Source: Octopus sinensis (taxonomy: Eukaryota). Taken from it: a DNA stretch of 64,000 nucleotides. The position numbers and the translations under genes are program-made. The notes under the pieces were generated by a model that searched no databases, was not told where the DNA came from, and saw only the letters and a list, made by a program, of their open reading frames with translations. Positions 25,500-40,757 of this stretch are shown piece after piece. The stretch is from contig NW_021833047.1 in the NCBI RefSeq assembly GCF_006345805.1, positions 22,952-86,951 on the forward strand, given 5' to 3'. The stretch's first letter is position 1, and the number at the start of each line of letters is the position of its first letter.

Positions 25500-26385
25500 A
25501 GTTACATTATCACTTTTCTGATAACATTGTGAGTTTTCTCTTGTAAATCAATTTTTGTGAACCCATGCATAGATCAAAAATTTGTGTTGTTTATGAATAT
25601 GAGTTCAGTCGTGGAACCAATGCATTCCAGGCAGCTCGAAGCATCAACGAGGTGTTTGGTGAAGATGTGGCGAATGAGCGCACTGTACAGCAGTGGTTTA
25701 AGAAGTTCCGGTCTGGTGACTCTTGAAAATCAGCCCCGAGGTAGACCTGAGACCAAGGTGGATAATGATGAACTGGAAACTGTAGTGGAAGCGGATACAT
25801 TTCAAACTACGCGTGTTTTAGCAGCAAGGTTTGATGTTTCGATTCCAACTGTTTTGTACCATCTGAAACAAATCGGCTGGATAAAGAATCTGGACAAGTA
25901 GGTACTACACAGACTGAACGAACATCAAATGACACGTCGCATTGAAACTTGTTCTTTACTATCACAACATAAAAGTGAACCATTTTTGCATCGTGTTGCT
26001 AACTGTGAGGAAAAATGGATTCTTTTCAACAGTAGCAAGCGTTCTGCACGGTGGTTGGATAGAGACGAAATGCCAAAACATAATCCAAAAAAGAATATTT
26101 ATCAAAAATATTTAATGGTCTGTTTGGTGGACCAGCGCTGGTATCACCCACTACAGATTCATGAGACCTGGTAAGTCAATTACAGCGGATGTATACATCA
26201 ACTAGTTGGATGAAATGATGAGTGAACTTGCAATTAAACAACTGAGATTGGTCAACAGAGACAGGCCAATTCTCTTGCAATACCATGTTCGACCACATGT
26301 TGCAGAAAGAACGCTATTCAAGTTACAGGAACTGAAGTAGGAAGTACTCTGTCATCCACCATATTCATCAGATCTTGCATCACAC
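25500..26385 (+). mobile_element. Degraded mariner (Hsmar1/Mos1-like)
   Basis: QPRGRPETKVDNDELET, CEEKWILFNSSKRSARWLD and HPPYSSDLAS. Confidence 0.8.
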
Positions 26386-26479
26386 AGGTGGAAATATAGC
26401 AAAAATAGAAGTTAAAAATGCGCCACTGAGAATAGTTAAAATATATTCTTATTATATTTAAAGATTTAACCGGTTTCAC

Positions 26480-29400
26480 CACTGATTTTCAAGAAGTTGA
26501 AATAGAAATATGAGGTTTATGTCGCGCTTGTCTCGGTTTTGATGCTGTGATGAAACCACCACTCTCCACTTTGCCACTGGTCGGAATGTTTTCGTCTCGC
26601 CGTGTTTTGCAAACGCTTCAGAACCACCAAGCAAAAATATCTGGTTAACAGTTTGTCCAGGAGGAACAAATTCTGTGTGGACAATTCTTTTCGAATCGGT
26701 CAAACAAATCATTATCGTCTTGAATTTGGACTCCACTTGACTCATTTTGGGGGTGGGGCGTGGTGATATCGAATGCTTCCATCGAATTGATTGCTGTATC
26801 ATTTCCGGGTTGTGGCTATAGCACCAGCTTTCGTCACTAGTGAGGGCCTTCAAAAAAATTAAAAAAATAAAAATAAGAATGTATCCGGGCAGATATATCC
26901 GGTACAACAATCATAATAACAGCAAATATCCAGGGTCTTTATCCGAAAACAAAACAGTGTAAAGTCCCTTTCTTGGAAGAATTAGCAACAGAAAACAACT
27001 CCAAAATAATTGGAATTACTGAAAGTCATCTCCACGAAAACATCCGCAACAGCGAAATCACAATCAATAGATTCAACATCTTCAGATGTGATAGACAAGG
27101 CAGATCCCATGGGGGCGTTATCATGTATATCCATGATACCTATGCATGCATAGAACTTGTCAATGAATCAAATGCCTACTGCAACCTGCTGTGCATAAAA
27201 ATCATCCAACTTAATACAGTTGTAACAATAATGTACAGACCGCCAAACAGCCCAACATTATCCTTCACTGAGCCACTGACGAAGCTCCAACAAATTCTGG
27301 GAAACATGGTAAGTCCAATGCCAGACATTATCCTCCTTGGTGACTTCAACTTCCCTAACATCATCTGGCCACATGGACACATACTAAAACTGGGGACAAA
27401 AGCTGAACAAATACAGGCAGCCAAACTGTTGGAAGTCACAGAGAAATTATACCTCAAACAAATGATGACAGAAGCAACAAGAAATAATAATACGATCGAC
27501 TTGGTTTTCACCAACAACGAGGACACGCTATTTGACCTTCACTCAACCCCAACAATCCTTTCAGACCACAATATTATTGAAATGCATTTACACATTGGTA
27601 ATGAGCCCAATGCCACAACTCTTAAACAAAAGGACATGCCAAAGCTATGCAGGTATGATTATCACCAGGCAAATTGGGAAACTATTAACAACCAGTTACA
27701 AATCATTGACTGGGATCTCTACCTTACTGGGCCAGATAAACACAAGAAATTCTTAAACAAGATCGAAGAAATATGTGAAAAAAATGTTCCTCTAAAGAAA
27801 ACCAAGTCCACAAAAAAACCTGTACCACGGGAGCGAAAGATCCTGATGCGCAAAAGGTCAAGACTAAGAAACAAAACATCTAAGCTGACATCAAAACATG
27901 AATTACAGAAAGTCCTTGACCAATATACAGATTAGAAGACAATCTAAAACAACACTATGATGAAGAATGTAACAATGCAGAAAAGAGAGCCATAGAAAAC
28001 ATCAAGAAAAATCCAAAATGTTTCTACAGTTTTGCAAAGAAATACTCGAACACCAAGTCAACAATAGGACCTCTCCAGAGACAAAATGGGGATGTAGTGA
28101 ATAACCCTATTGAAATGGCAGAAATGTTGGGTCAACAGTATGAAAGTGTCTTCAGTGAGCCATCTAAAACCATGAAGATCCATGACCAGGAAAATTCTTC
28201 AAGGATATCGACCATACTAAACCTACCCTATCCGACATTGATTTCAACCCAGAAGACATAGCAAGAGCCATAGACAAGCTCTCCATGCACTCGGCTGCGG
28301 GGCCTGACGGTTTCAATGCCATGATACTTAAAAACTGCAAGGTACAATTGTCGAAACCCCTTTACATGATATGGAGGGAATCTATGGAGAATGGCAAAAT
28401 ACCAAATACATATAAAGAAGCACACATAACTCCAATACATAAAGGGGACAGCAAATCAAAACCAAAGAACTACCGACCAATCTCACTGACATCACACATT
28501 ATCAAGGTCTTCGAAAGAATAGTTCGTGGAAAACTGGTTGAGTTCCTGGAATTCAACAATCTGATGAATTGCAACCAGCATGGATTCAGGTTAGGTAGAT
28601 CATGCCTAAGCTAGGAGTAGGAGGAAAAGTTGGTACATGGATACATGAGTTCCTTACAAATAGAACTCAAACAGTCACTGTGAATGGAACCCATTCAACA
28701 CCATCACCTGTGACCAGCAGTGTTCCTCAGGGTACAGTACTCGGCCCAATCCTGTTTCTCATCCTCATCTCTGACATAGATGAAGATACAACCAGCAACG
28801 TCTCATCCTTTGCTGATGACACCAGGGTCATGAGACAAATCAAAGACGAGGTGGATACAGAGGCCTTACAAAAGGACCTGACCACCATATATAAATGGCA
28901 GGAAACAAACAACATGTTGTTCAATGATAAGAAGTTTGAACTAATTCGCTACGGAACAGATCAAGATCTGAAAAATACAACAAACTACAGAAACCCATCA
29001 GGACAACAAATAATGGAAAAACAGTATGTGAAAGATTTAGGCATCTACATGGGAACCAACCTAAAATTCAGAGAACACCTTGACTCAGTCTGTCTTACTG
29101 CAAGAAAGTACAGCGGGTGGATCTTGCGCACCTTCAAATCAAGAGATACCTCAACAATGAAAACCCTCTGGAACAGTATGATACTTCCGAGGATTGACTA
29201 CTGTTCTCAGTTGTGGTCACCAACAACAAAGGGCCAACTATCTAAGATAGAATCGCTCCAAAGAAATTTTACCTCATACTTCTCAGAAACGAGGGACCTG
29301 GACTATTGGCAAAGACTCAAAACCTTGAGGATGTACTCAATAGAAAGAAGATTTGAGCGATACCGAATTATATACATTATATACATTTGGAAAATGATAG

Positions 29401-30398
29401 AGCAGAAGGTGCCAAACTTTGGTATCACTGCGCCACCGAAGACGCTGCCAGCTGCCACCAATCAACAAAAAGGCTGGCCAGGCAGCAAAAACCCTGCGAG
29501 AATCAAGTCTGTTGGTTCGAGGAGCACAACTGTTCAACTCCATTCCGGTACATGTCAGAAATCTATCAGGATGCAGTGTGGAATCATTCAAATTGCAACT
29601 GGATAGATACTTAAGCACCATTAGAGATGAACCCCATCTCCCAGGATATACACAACGAGCACAAACTGACTCAAACTCGCTCCTACACATGTCAAAATTA
29701 AGCAGAGAATACAACCTGGCAACCACACCAGACTCTGAGGGTGGAGTCTTCGACTTGGCCTGAGCATGGACTCAAACCCAAACGAAATGAAATGAAATGA
29801 AGAAAAAAAAGAAAGGTTCGGATCAAATTCCAACTCATCTTTCATTTCACGAAACGCATTTATTCGTGACTGTTTTTGAACTTTCGTGTGCAAGTGAGGC
29901 ACAAATTTTGCTGTAACTCTTCATTCGCAATTCCTCGCTCAAAATTCACTGGAAGAAGTTCCAGGACACACCAGTTATATCAACACGTTCGTCAAGTGTT
30001 CGGTGACGGTCCTCCAAGATCAGTTCATGAAAGTTCGTGATGTTTTCCTAAAGCGTGAAAACCACTCGTAAACTTGTATTTTGCTCCTCATGGCAGAATC
30101 CTTGTAAGCTGTTTGAAGCATAACAACTGTTTCGGCTGCCGTTTTCCAAGCAGAAAAAAAACAGAATTTTACGGAAGCACGCTGTCCCTTCGTTTCATCC
30201 ATCGCAATAATCTACGAACAGGGGAAAGCACCGCAAATCAAAGACGTGCCACGTGACAGTACGACTCCTGACGATGACGCTAGCCGGCACACTGATACCC
30301 GAGGGACGCATCAAGTGGCTTCTACTGGCGGAAGCTTAAACTACAACGGGTTTGTCCCGCAGAGAACGTTTCCGGTTACTTTTCGGTACCCCTTCGTA
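26480..30398 (-). mobile_element. Degraded mariner split by a CR1-like LINE insertion
   Basis: The 5' part 29810-30398 (MDETKGQRASVKFCF...DELEFDPNL) rejoins the 3' part 26480-26860 (FLKALTSDESWCYSHNPE). ITR-like end TACGAAGGGGTACCGAAAAGTAACCGGAA at 30398. Confidence 0.7.
26880..29800 (+). mobile_element. CR1/L2-group LINE ORF2 (APE endonuclease plus RT), 5'-truncated and frameshifted
   Basis: IIGITESHL, YRPP, LGDFNFP and SDHN (26973-27935); AAGPDG, YRPISLT and QHGFR (28285-28614); VPQGTVLGPILF and SFADD (28602-29606); (GAAAT)n tail at ~29783-29800. Confidence 0.9.
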
Positions 30399-32622
30399 TT
30401 GGTGTTGACAAATAGTTATGTGTCTCCTAATATTATGATGGTGCTTCTCTCATGAGCGGAGAAATCGCTGGTGTTCAAGCGAGATTGCATGTCACAGCCC
30501 CATCTGCAACTTGTGTCAGCATCCACCAACTGAATCTGACTGGGGTTTACTTCTTAACAAAAACCTAAAGGCTATCGGGTAATCTTTCGTCATATAGCTG
30601 CAACTTTACCTGTTTATGGATCGATTCAGAGTTTATCTATCGATTCAGAGGGTTTACAGGGAAAAAAACAGGAGAACATCCAGTAGATCTTATCCAATAT
30701 AGGATGGATCAGTCAGCAGGTACCGTGCTATGCTGTTCATTATGAATTTTCATTTATTATAAACGTTCTCTCTCATTTCAGTGGGTTTATCAAATCATAG
30801 GAGAGGCAAATTAAAGACAAGTGCTTCCATTACGTTTGTCTATGAAAGTTTACGTTTTCGTCTTCTCTAAACAAGTTTTAATACGAATCAAGTCTTTAGC
30901 AAAGATATTACAAATTTTCACTCCTGTGACTACAGAAACAGAACTGATATCCATATGCATTGAACTTCTTGATGTCCAACGAAACTAACCTTTTCTGGCC
31001 ACCAATTAAATAACAGATCAGGGAAGTTATTAAGGTCAACCAGCAGACTCGAGAGAAGCCTAATCTGCAAGGCAATCTTAGCATTTGGAGGTCTCAGCGG
31101 CTAGTGTGAGCGGCTGAAAATTCAAACCACAATTCCTATATTGAACCAGGTTTGCTTAGAGTTCCGACACCGATTTTCGGCTAGAATGGTGATATCATGA
31201 TGAACCATTCTTATCTTAATCCCTAAATTCCCAGATTCTGAATATTGTTTGTCTCAGATTCATAGCAGACGCATTTCAACTCAATTTGGACACCTTGAAC
31301 ACAGTATGCCACTGTGCAAACAGTCTCATTGTGTGGATTCATCATAACTTATAGCAGATACTGCTAACTTTTTATCTATTTTTGACTTTTCAATCACATT
31401 GAGAAGTTGACTTTAAATTTGATCTATTAATTTAAGACTGAAATTATTATCTATGTAAAATCTTTGCCCGTATTTTTTTTAAAACTAAAACTGTCATTGC
31501 TCCAGAACATTAATCCTCTAAAATTCGATCTCTGATCATATTTCCTTTATACAAATATTCAAACGAATTATTAACCGTATCGATTTCACCAATCCACAAA
31601 GGCTTGAAAACATCACGTCGATCCTACTCCCGTCTCCCCTCTTCACCAAACTATAAACAAAGAATCCAATATTAATCTAAAACTTAACTAATGAAAACAA
31701 AAGGAACATTTTTACGACATGTATGGTCAATATTGCAATTTATGTTTTTCACACCGAAAACTATTTCAACCTTTCGATAACCTGAAAGAAATTGTTGAGC
31801 TGCTGAGTTTCTGAGCGAATGTCTATTAAATTTCGTTTTTCGTATAACTGATTTCCTATTTTCGTTTTAACTGTACTTCACCCTGCAATAAGCTGCAATA
31901 AGTTGCTGAGGGCAAAATATCGCCCAAAGAGAACATAAAATTCTTATTTTAATTTCACTCTATAATCCTTGATAAAGACAGTTTAGATCAGCCAGCGTAA
32001 ATAGTTTCTGAGAGACCAGAGGTAAAACTCAAATTAACAATCATGTTACCTAATATTTTTGGTGCTTTCTTACATTGGAATAGATGTACAATAATTCCCG
32101 TAAACTGTTTACCATATTCTTCAGAAAAGTTTTCGCTGTTGCTTTCCTCAATTGTTTTTTTCTCTCTTTTTTTTTTTTAGTTTGAATAACAAATCATTTC
32201 AATTTTTAAGAGAAATCAATCGAATGCAATTATTTTATTTCATATATTATTTAGATGATGGGTAAGAAGCGTTAAAGATTCGGTTGACTGCTTCTGGTAT
32301 TTAGTTAAGACCTGTTACGTTTTGAGATCAAATGTTGTCCAAGTTAATTTAGTATTTAATTCTTTAAAGGTCGATAAAATAATGCCCCAGTGCTCTATTG
32401 GTACTCAGGTAAATTCAATAATCTTATAAACCTTAAAACGAAAAATATTAGCAACAAATATAAATTAACAAAATATTTATCTGAATTAAATTGACTTTAT
32501 TGATAAAGAAACACACATTTTATCTTATATTTATAGATATAGATAATTATTATTTGATCCTTTGAAGTCTTGCTCACATTTCATTGAGATGTAAATAATT
32601 TTCAAGTAAATTCCATTAAAGT

Positions 32623-32813
32623 TCAGACCAGTTTCTTTAGTAGGCACTTAGTGTTAGTATATGAAAAGGCGGTACATGTAGAAGATACCATACATAAACG
32701 TGAACAACCCAAGACCGAGCGAGCAACCATTTGGGCCTCGGTTATAAGGTTGTGATATGGATTTGGTTTGAAGGAAAAAGTTGAATAAGCCGTCAAATCA
32801 TTAATTTCTTTTT
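32623..32813 (-). CDS. Terminal PAN/apple-domain exon (KEINDLTAYSTFSF...SVLGCSRLCMVSSTCTAFSYTNTKCLLKKLV*)
   Basis: Strong phase-1 acceptor ttctttttttattgcAG at 32815-32814, a C-x3-C-x5-C-x-x-F-x-Y-x4-C pattern, and TGA at 32623. Confidence 0.7.
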
Positions 32814-33249
32814 CTGCAATAAAAAAAGAAAGAGAAATCACAAGAATATAACTATATAAATGAAATTATTTCTCTTCATTGACAATGTACAAGGCAAACA
32901 AATAGATAGGGCCTATTGATTCGATAGATCGATGTTATTAATGTTCCGTTTGGACATCTTTAGGTTAGTGTGAGTAGGGAGTGAGTTCCTGAGTGTTGCA
33001 TAATCTAGAAAGGAAGGATTAGGAATAATAATTGATGGGAGATCTGGCTGGTGAAATAGCATGTGTGACTGGAGAGTGAGAAGGGGCTTGTGGCTGGTTA
33101 TCTCGGTGGTAGAGTGGTTCTCGTATTACCAGCGAGATGCATTAAGGTATTTCCGAGCAAGTTAGTAATGAAGCGTGTTGTGCTATTTAATGACAGTTAG
33201 GATTAATATTAACCTATCTACCAGATTTTAAATGAAGATGATGTATTAA

Positions 33250-34535
33250 ACAGTTCCCGGACTAGTTCTGTAGCGCGCCAACAGATGGCAGCACACGGTT
33301 GAGTGCGCAGTAGGAGCTAGCAGTGATGGTGATGAGGCACTGGGATGAGTGATATTGCTGCGTTTACTTTGCAAGATGTGAAATTTTTGATATTGTAAGC
33401 TGCAATCTGCGATTTCGTGATGGGCAGGAGGTTGGAACAAAGAGCCAACGTGGAATTTGGCGTTAAATTTGGTACGACTTCTACAGAGACATTGATTATG
33501 CTTTGGCAAAATTACGGTAACGAGGGAATTGATTTTACGCAATGTTACGAGTGGCACGTGCTCTTCTAAAACAAAATAACATCCCTGGAAGACGAAGAGC
33601 GATCTGGAAGATTTACCACGGGCGTCACCCCAGGAGATTGGAGAAAATTCCTCAACTTGGGAATGATGATCGCCGGAGGACAATCAGCGACATTGATGAT
33701 GTTGTTGGTCTGTCGTGTGGATTCGTACAGACAATCTTAACATCTGAACTGGACATCCGGTGTGTCTCTGCCAAGTTTGTCCCTCCTACTGAACAATCAG
33801 TAGAAAGAACATTGCGTCAATGTCTGTCAAGATGTCAGTCAGCCTGCCGCTGTTGACTGATCCTTCATGTCAAGGATCATTATTGGTAATGAGAGTTGGA
33901 TCCACAAATACGACCCTGAGATGAAGCAGCAATTGTCACAATGGAAAATCCCTTCATCTCCACGACCTAAGACAGCAGGACAGAACCGCAGTTCAATCAA
34001 GAGCGTGCTGATCGTTTTTGTTTTCAACATCTGCATTATTGTGCATCAAGAATTCATCCCCCAGAGCCACACAGTGAATTGGCAGTTCTTACTACGACGT
34101 TTTGAGAAAGGACATTCGGCGAAACGACCGGTTATGCAGATCGCGAAAAACCGGATTCTTCATGGCCACAATGCACCCTGCTACCGAGTTCTCCTCACTC
34201 ATGAATTTCTCGCCAAAAACTACACGGTATCGCTTCTACATCATCCCTATTCGTCACATTTAGCCGACTTCCTGCAGACATCCATCTCTTCCCCAAGACT
34301 AAAAGGCAATCGAAAGGTCGCCATTTTAACACCTTTGTCCTTTTCCTGAACCGAATCGCAGATGGTCCTCGAGTCGCTTAAGGAAAACGACTTTCAGGTC
34401 GGATACCAAAAGTGGCAGGAACGCTGAGACCGGTCTATTTCCGCACAAGTCGACTATTCTGAAGGAGATGATGTGAAAACTTGGACAATTTATTTTTCAA
34501 TAAACATAACGGGAAGTTTTTGGTACCACTTCGTA
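33250..34535 (+). mobile_element. Degraded near-full-length mariner
   Basis: ILTSELDIRCVSAKFVP, IIIGNESWIHKYDPE, LHGHNAPC and HHPYSSHLA. Confidence 0.8.
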
Positions 34536-35299
34536 ATTGTGGATCAGTTTTACTACATCTTTTAAAAAGGCTTATTAATTATTAAATTAATGCTAATCTA
34601 TTTAACAAAGAATAAGTAGGACTAATAATGCGATGAAGAAGAAAGCGATATTTATTAATTTCTATATATTTTTTCGGCAAGAACTGGACACAGAAGATCA
34701 ATGAATAAAAGATGAACAAGAAACAGAAACAAAGAACGCAAAAAATAAACAATAAAAATTGGTCTTACTGTCAAGAATATAATAAGAGTCGAAAACTCTT
34801 ATACCACATCCCACGGAGTTAATCTTCTCCAGTGTAAGGGACTGGTTAAGGTCATTCCAAAGTTCTGAAATGGAATAAAAGTAAAAAAGACCGTCGTAGT
34901 TTTAATGTTTTCCATGATTTCTTTAATATTAATCAAGGAATTCTAATCTCTTTCATACAATCGACTTTCCTATTTATATAAGACGATTTTATATAAGAAA
35001 TCATGACTTTTTAAATATATGTTGTTTTATTTACTATCAGTTATTTCTAGTATTAACACAAGGCCTCATGTATGAAGGGAGGGAACAGACGTTTAGAAAG
35101 GTTCTACGATGTTACTGGTGTGTTACCGATATATTATTTCATGTGTAATTAGACCGTATTGGAAAAAGAAAACCGATATTCTTCTTTGAGCGTTTGATGA
35201 CTTATGTAGAGTATAAATGAATCATTTTTAACGTTGTATGCTATGTTTTAATATAGAAAAATAAACAATACAACACACAAGTCTGTCCTACACATGATA

Positions 35300-36340
35300 G
35301 CAGACGTTCGAGGTTACTCCTCAAGTTATCAACGCTTGGGCACTGAACGAGTTTGTGCAAAACACTTGTGTCCTTTGTACTCATCTCAAGCATACTTCAA
35401 TTCACAACGTTTTTATGTGGCGTGTATAGTTTATACCGAGCTAGTAGTGTCTACTAGTAGGACAACCAGGCCCAAAAATCTTTGGAAATTATCTCTGGGC
35501 TCCGGCTTGCAGGTAGAAGGGACCAGCCTGTTGACGTTTGCCGACACCCAGAGTCTTCTCGACAACGCCGTCGCTCTTTCTTTACCACAGTTCGACCGTA
35601 GAACGCCAAACTGGGGTTTCTGTATTGGTTGACTGGCAGAGGGTTGTGAGCGTCTGACTACACTCTAGATGTGTCAGAAAATCTGTCTTAGTCTACGTTT
35701 GATCCTGCTTGACTGTAACACTTCCAAAGAGACGAGCTGCGGAAAAGTGAGTCTGAGAAACGGCGACCACACCTGCTGAGTGCCAATCAAACTCTGGAGG
35801 TGTCGCAACCGCAGCGCACGACTGCCCATCGTCAGCCAGGGTATGCCCAGTTTTCCATCTAGTAGGTGTCGACAGCAAATGGATCGTATGACGAGTGAAA
35901 CGTGTGAATTCCAAAGAATGCGGAAAGACAGGTGGCAATATATGATGGAAATGGTGTAAGCATTCGCCGCCTCTGTTCCACCTTCCAAGGATAACTTCTT
36001 CTCGGCTAATTTCTGAGTAAAGTTGGTCACCCTGCTCTTTCCAGAGCTTCTCTACATGGAGATCTGGACGAAACCAGTTACCGAGTAATTTTCCCTACCC
36101 GTCCATCCAGCGCATAATGTTGTTGTTGGACTGATCGACCAACATCTCTAGGCACAGAGCTGCAGAACGAGTTTTGATGACACTGCTCGTAGTCCCTTAG
36201 AGGTTGCTGTCAGACTCTGTGACAATGCGTTTAATAAAGTTATAGTCCGAAAATTATCACGAGATTCCCGTTGTTCGGGTCACTTCCCAGCTGTGATACC
36301 ACTGTCCTACTCACAGCAATGGGAATTACCCTGTTTTGCA
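35300..36340 (-). mobile_element. Decayed L1/Tx1-like LINE fragment
   Basis: RSICCRHLLDGKLGIPWL...RALRLRHLQ resembles the post-RT region of Tx1/L1 ORF2. Confidence 0.5.
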
Positions 36341-36484
36341 GTCATTCCTAGTTAATATTTGTCAAGAGGTCTTCAAAGAAGTGTGGCATGCAAAAGTAAA
36401 ATTCATAGGGCAGAACATCGAGACCAAGAGATTTTTTCCTCCAACATCCATTCAGTCAACCATCAATCCCCGTATTTCAGCAGC

Positions 36485-36712
36485 CTTATCAGCTCTTGGC
36501 AGCACTCCGCCTACACACACACACAGACTGGCATGCAGGAATACACACGTAGGTATGTCTGTACGTAAGTATGCATGTATGTATACGTGTATGTATACAT
36601 GTATGTATGTGTGTGCATATATGTGTGTATGTGCATGTATGTATGTACGTATATATGCATGCATGTACGTATATATGTATGTATGTATGCATGTACGTAC
36701 GTATGTATGTCG
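36485..36712. repeat. Degenerate (ATGT/GTAT)n microsatellite
   Basis: Directly visible. Confidence 0.85.
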
Positions 36713-37049
36713 GCCACAGCCAGACACACAGTGTCCTTTCTCATCCTTTCATGTGATATCCTGGGTCATCGTCGACAACAACGGAAGAACTAATAATGTA
36801 TAGTATAATAAAACCCATCCCAGAAGAAACGGAAGCTCGAAGATAATTAATGGGAAAATGGCAACAGAGGAAAGGCAGACATACTATCGGAACCAGGAAA
36901 AGTGAGAGCACAGAGCAATAAGGCAAAATAGAAGTCCACGGATGAAGAAATCCACGTAGAATTCAGCAGAACTAGGAATGGAAATGAGAAGAACTGAAAT
37001 ATCTTTGACTCTGAGGTAAAGGCACCAACTAGATTTTTTTAATTCTGAA

Positions 37050-38830
37050 ACTATCTTGGAAATGGAACACGTTGCCGACAACCGTCTCCTAAAGAAAAAA
37101 AAAGAAAAACACAAACAAATGATGCACGGACACAGTTCTATAGTGAGCAAGAGAACCAAAACCAGTTCTATTCTCAAGAAAAGCATAAAAGACCGATCCC
37201 AAACTTCATTGTCACCTCTCGAATGAATGACATCGATATTTCACCAAAGGCCAAGCAATCTCTAAGTCGACATTACAATTTCCCTTCCTCATAAGGAGAA
37301 ACAATCAACGAAAACTAACCGAAAGACACCAAAGGAACCTAAATTCCAAAAAAGTCACTGAACAACCACTGACATATACATCAATGTTACCTGGACAAAT
37401 GATTTGAAATTAAGGTCAATAAAAACAGGTGCTGCACGTGAAGTCCACCGTCTATAGAATTTTTTAGATATCCCCCTGAAGCCATTTCTCAAGTATATCA
37501 AAGCTTCGTAAGAGATGACCTAGATATTCTAAATCATTTCCCGAAAATACTCAACGAATAAACTTCGGTAGTATCTTTCAATGCAGTGAATTTTTATTTA
37601 AACTCCTTTCGCCGCTTGGGAATTGAGGTTATGCTATTCTTTTTGGTTAATAATATAGATGGACTCACCCATCGCATAAAAAGAAGAATTTATAATAGAG
37701 CGGCTAAAATTTATTTCAGAAAATAATTACTTTACGCTCAATGCCAACATTTTCCGACAAAAAACTGGAACTGTCTGCGTTGCGACCGAAAACAGAACCC
37801 GCATTTGCGAATCTAGTAATTACACTATACTAAATAAAAAAAGAAAACATGAGGAAAATATGGAAACTCTTTCTCCATATACAACAAAAAAAAACTGGAA
37901 AAGCTCGACGATTGCATCTTTCTTCGGAATGGAAGCTTAAGGAAGCTAAAAGAATTTGAAACACTCTTCAATAAAATTAAGGAAAATATTCAATTCAATA
38001 TAGAATATAGTCATAAACAATCTTCATTTTCGGAATTCCTTATGACGAATGTCTCAACCAAATAGAAATGGACATTTATTATAAACCAACGGACGCCAGA
38101 CAATATCTTTCATTCAATTCATGCCATCAGAGGCATACCAGAATGAATGTCCCTTGTAACAAAGCTAAAAGTATTTGTACAATAGTATCTGATACAAACA
38201 TCCGTGACATAAGACCCCCAAGAACGGAATGATGCATGTCTTGATAGGAATAATTCATATTAAATTCCATAACATGCAGTTACTGAAGAAAGACCGCAAA
38301 TTAAGCCAAATCCTCCAGACAAACTATCTTAAAGAGTAATAGACAACTGAAATTAATAACAAAATATTTAACAAAGACCAAACTTCCCACAATAGCGATA
38401 AAAGAGAAAAAGAAGCGTAAAAAATGCGGAAGATTCAAATGTGGTTTATGTTTCAGTCTAAGAGAAGGGACAGAGAACCGTTTAGGCAAGGACAAGTCTT
38501 CACATTAACAAAAATCTTTATTTCTGCAACTGAAAACTTAATCTAGGCAATAACATTCTCAGGATGTGTGACATTTTACATCGGATAGGCAAAAAACGTT
38601 TTAAGGCATCGCATGAGCCTTCGTCGATCGGAAATTAAAATACAGGAATACAGAAGATAGGATTCAGTGAATATATAGAAACAGGCGCAAGCAGAAACAA
38701 CCAAACTTTACGATGTTTTCTCTCAATGAATTTGGTGGTTATACAATTGAACGGCAATATACCAATGAAGAAATGTCTTTCATAACAAAATACTAAACGA
38801 GTCTAAATTCATTTGGCAGAGAAAGGGAGG
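37050..38830 (+). mobile_element. Decayed Penelope-like element (RT plus GIY-YIG remnants)
   Basis: Fragmentary frames read FVRDDLDILNHFP, MDIYYKPTDARQYLSFNSCHQRHTRMNVP (~38068-38160), and a GIY-YIG-like ENLI...FYIG segment at ~38530-38590. Confidence 0.7.
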
Positions 38831-39155
38831 CAACAACAATCAACGAGAATACTGCAACCCTTATTTGGGTTACTATGGACATTGGGAAAACGTCTTAGAA
38901 AATTTTAAAGTACCACAAAAAACCGTTAGAAGGAAAAACTTTTAAATGCTGAGAAAACCTCTCAGATTTTCTGACAACGATTCACAAAATCTCGGAAAAT
39001 ATCAAAGAATCTCAAAAGTGTTTTTGAAAAGTCTCAAAAGTTTTAATGTTCTAAAGTTTCAGAAGATTCAAAAAGATCCTGCATGTCAGACATAGAGGGG
39101 GAGATAGACTGATAGAGAGGGAGGTAGATTGAGAGGGAAGTAGATATATAGATAA

Positions 39156-39697
<542 letters not shown>

Positions 39698-39816
39698 CTA
39701 TATACTGAACTTTCCAGAAGTTCCTGACGATGAATTTGTCATATTTACATACCGAAATTTACCGGTAAATAATTGTTGGTTATTTGAAAAACCACTGAAA
39801 AATTATTTACCATTTT

Positions 39817-39850
<34 letters not shown>

Positions 39851-39856
39851 ATATAT

Positions 39857-39922
<66 letters not shown>

Positions 39923-39924
<2 letters not shown>

Positions 39925-40710
39925 GTGGTCTCATCAGTAATTATCCAGACAGTGAAGCCGCTTGGCACAGATTGACCTTGAATACTAATCCGCAGGAGCA
40001 CTAAGATTTAACTCTCTAGCTCTATTCCGCTGTTTGCTGTTTACAGCAGTGTTTAGAAGGAAGGTGTGTAGCGAGTGATTGTCGTATTGACCATGACAGA
40101 ACCTGCATAAAATCTTGACAAAATCTTGGCAATACCTGTTCAGAGGCCTCTGTAAAGTTTTCAAAATGGTTTCATCGTTCTCGAGGATATCTTGTGCAAC
40201 TGAAACCGAGTTTCTTGGCAGACACTCGTCTCATACCCAAATCCCCAGTGATAATGGACTAAACTAAACCGTAACTAATCTACACACATTCTGATAATTC
40301 AAGGATGCTGATTCGACGATTTCCCATCGCAGCTACACGCACATCTGCGATGCTTTCTTCAATTCTGCTGGTTGTGGGTCTCCCAGAACATTCGTCAATA
40401 TAATATCGATATATTTTCGGGCATCTTGCAAACGCCTGAATCACTCATACACTCCTCTACATACACTTACTGAAATTTTTCGTAGGCCTCTGAGCAGGTA
40501 TCGCTGACAACTTTTCATGGTCAGTGAGACGATCACACGCTACACATGTTCCTTCCAAGCACTATTGTAAACAGTGGAAGTGAGATAGACGTTAAAATTT
40601 AGTGCGTATGCGCAGCAGAGCTCAAGGCCAACCTTTGCTGGGCGGCTTACTCTGAGTACTTTAGCCTCGTTACTATAACATCAGTCCGGATACTCATGGA
40701 TCAGACCTAG

Positions 40711-40711
<1 letters not shown>
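39923..40711 (-). mobile_element. Non-autonomous mariner remnant
   Basis: Degenerate terminal inverted repeats (TACGTGGTCTCATC.../...GATCAGACCTAGTA) and an LGMRRVSAK-like segment near 40200-40245. Confidence 0.55.

Positions 40712-40757
<46 letters not shown>

Noticed and set aside
30430-32600. Unique-looking DNA downstream of the terminal PAN exon
   Set aside because: No ORF, splice pattern or repeat structure could be supported by eye.
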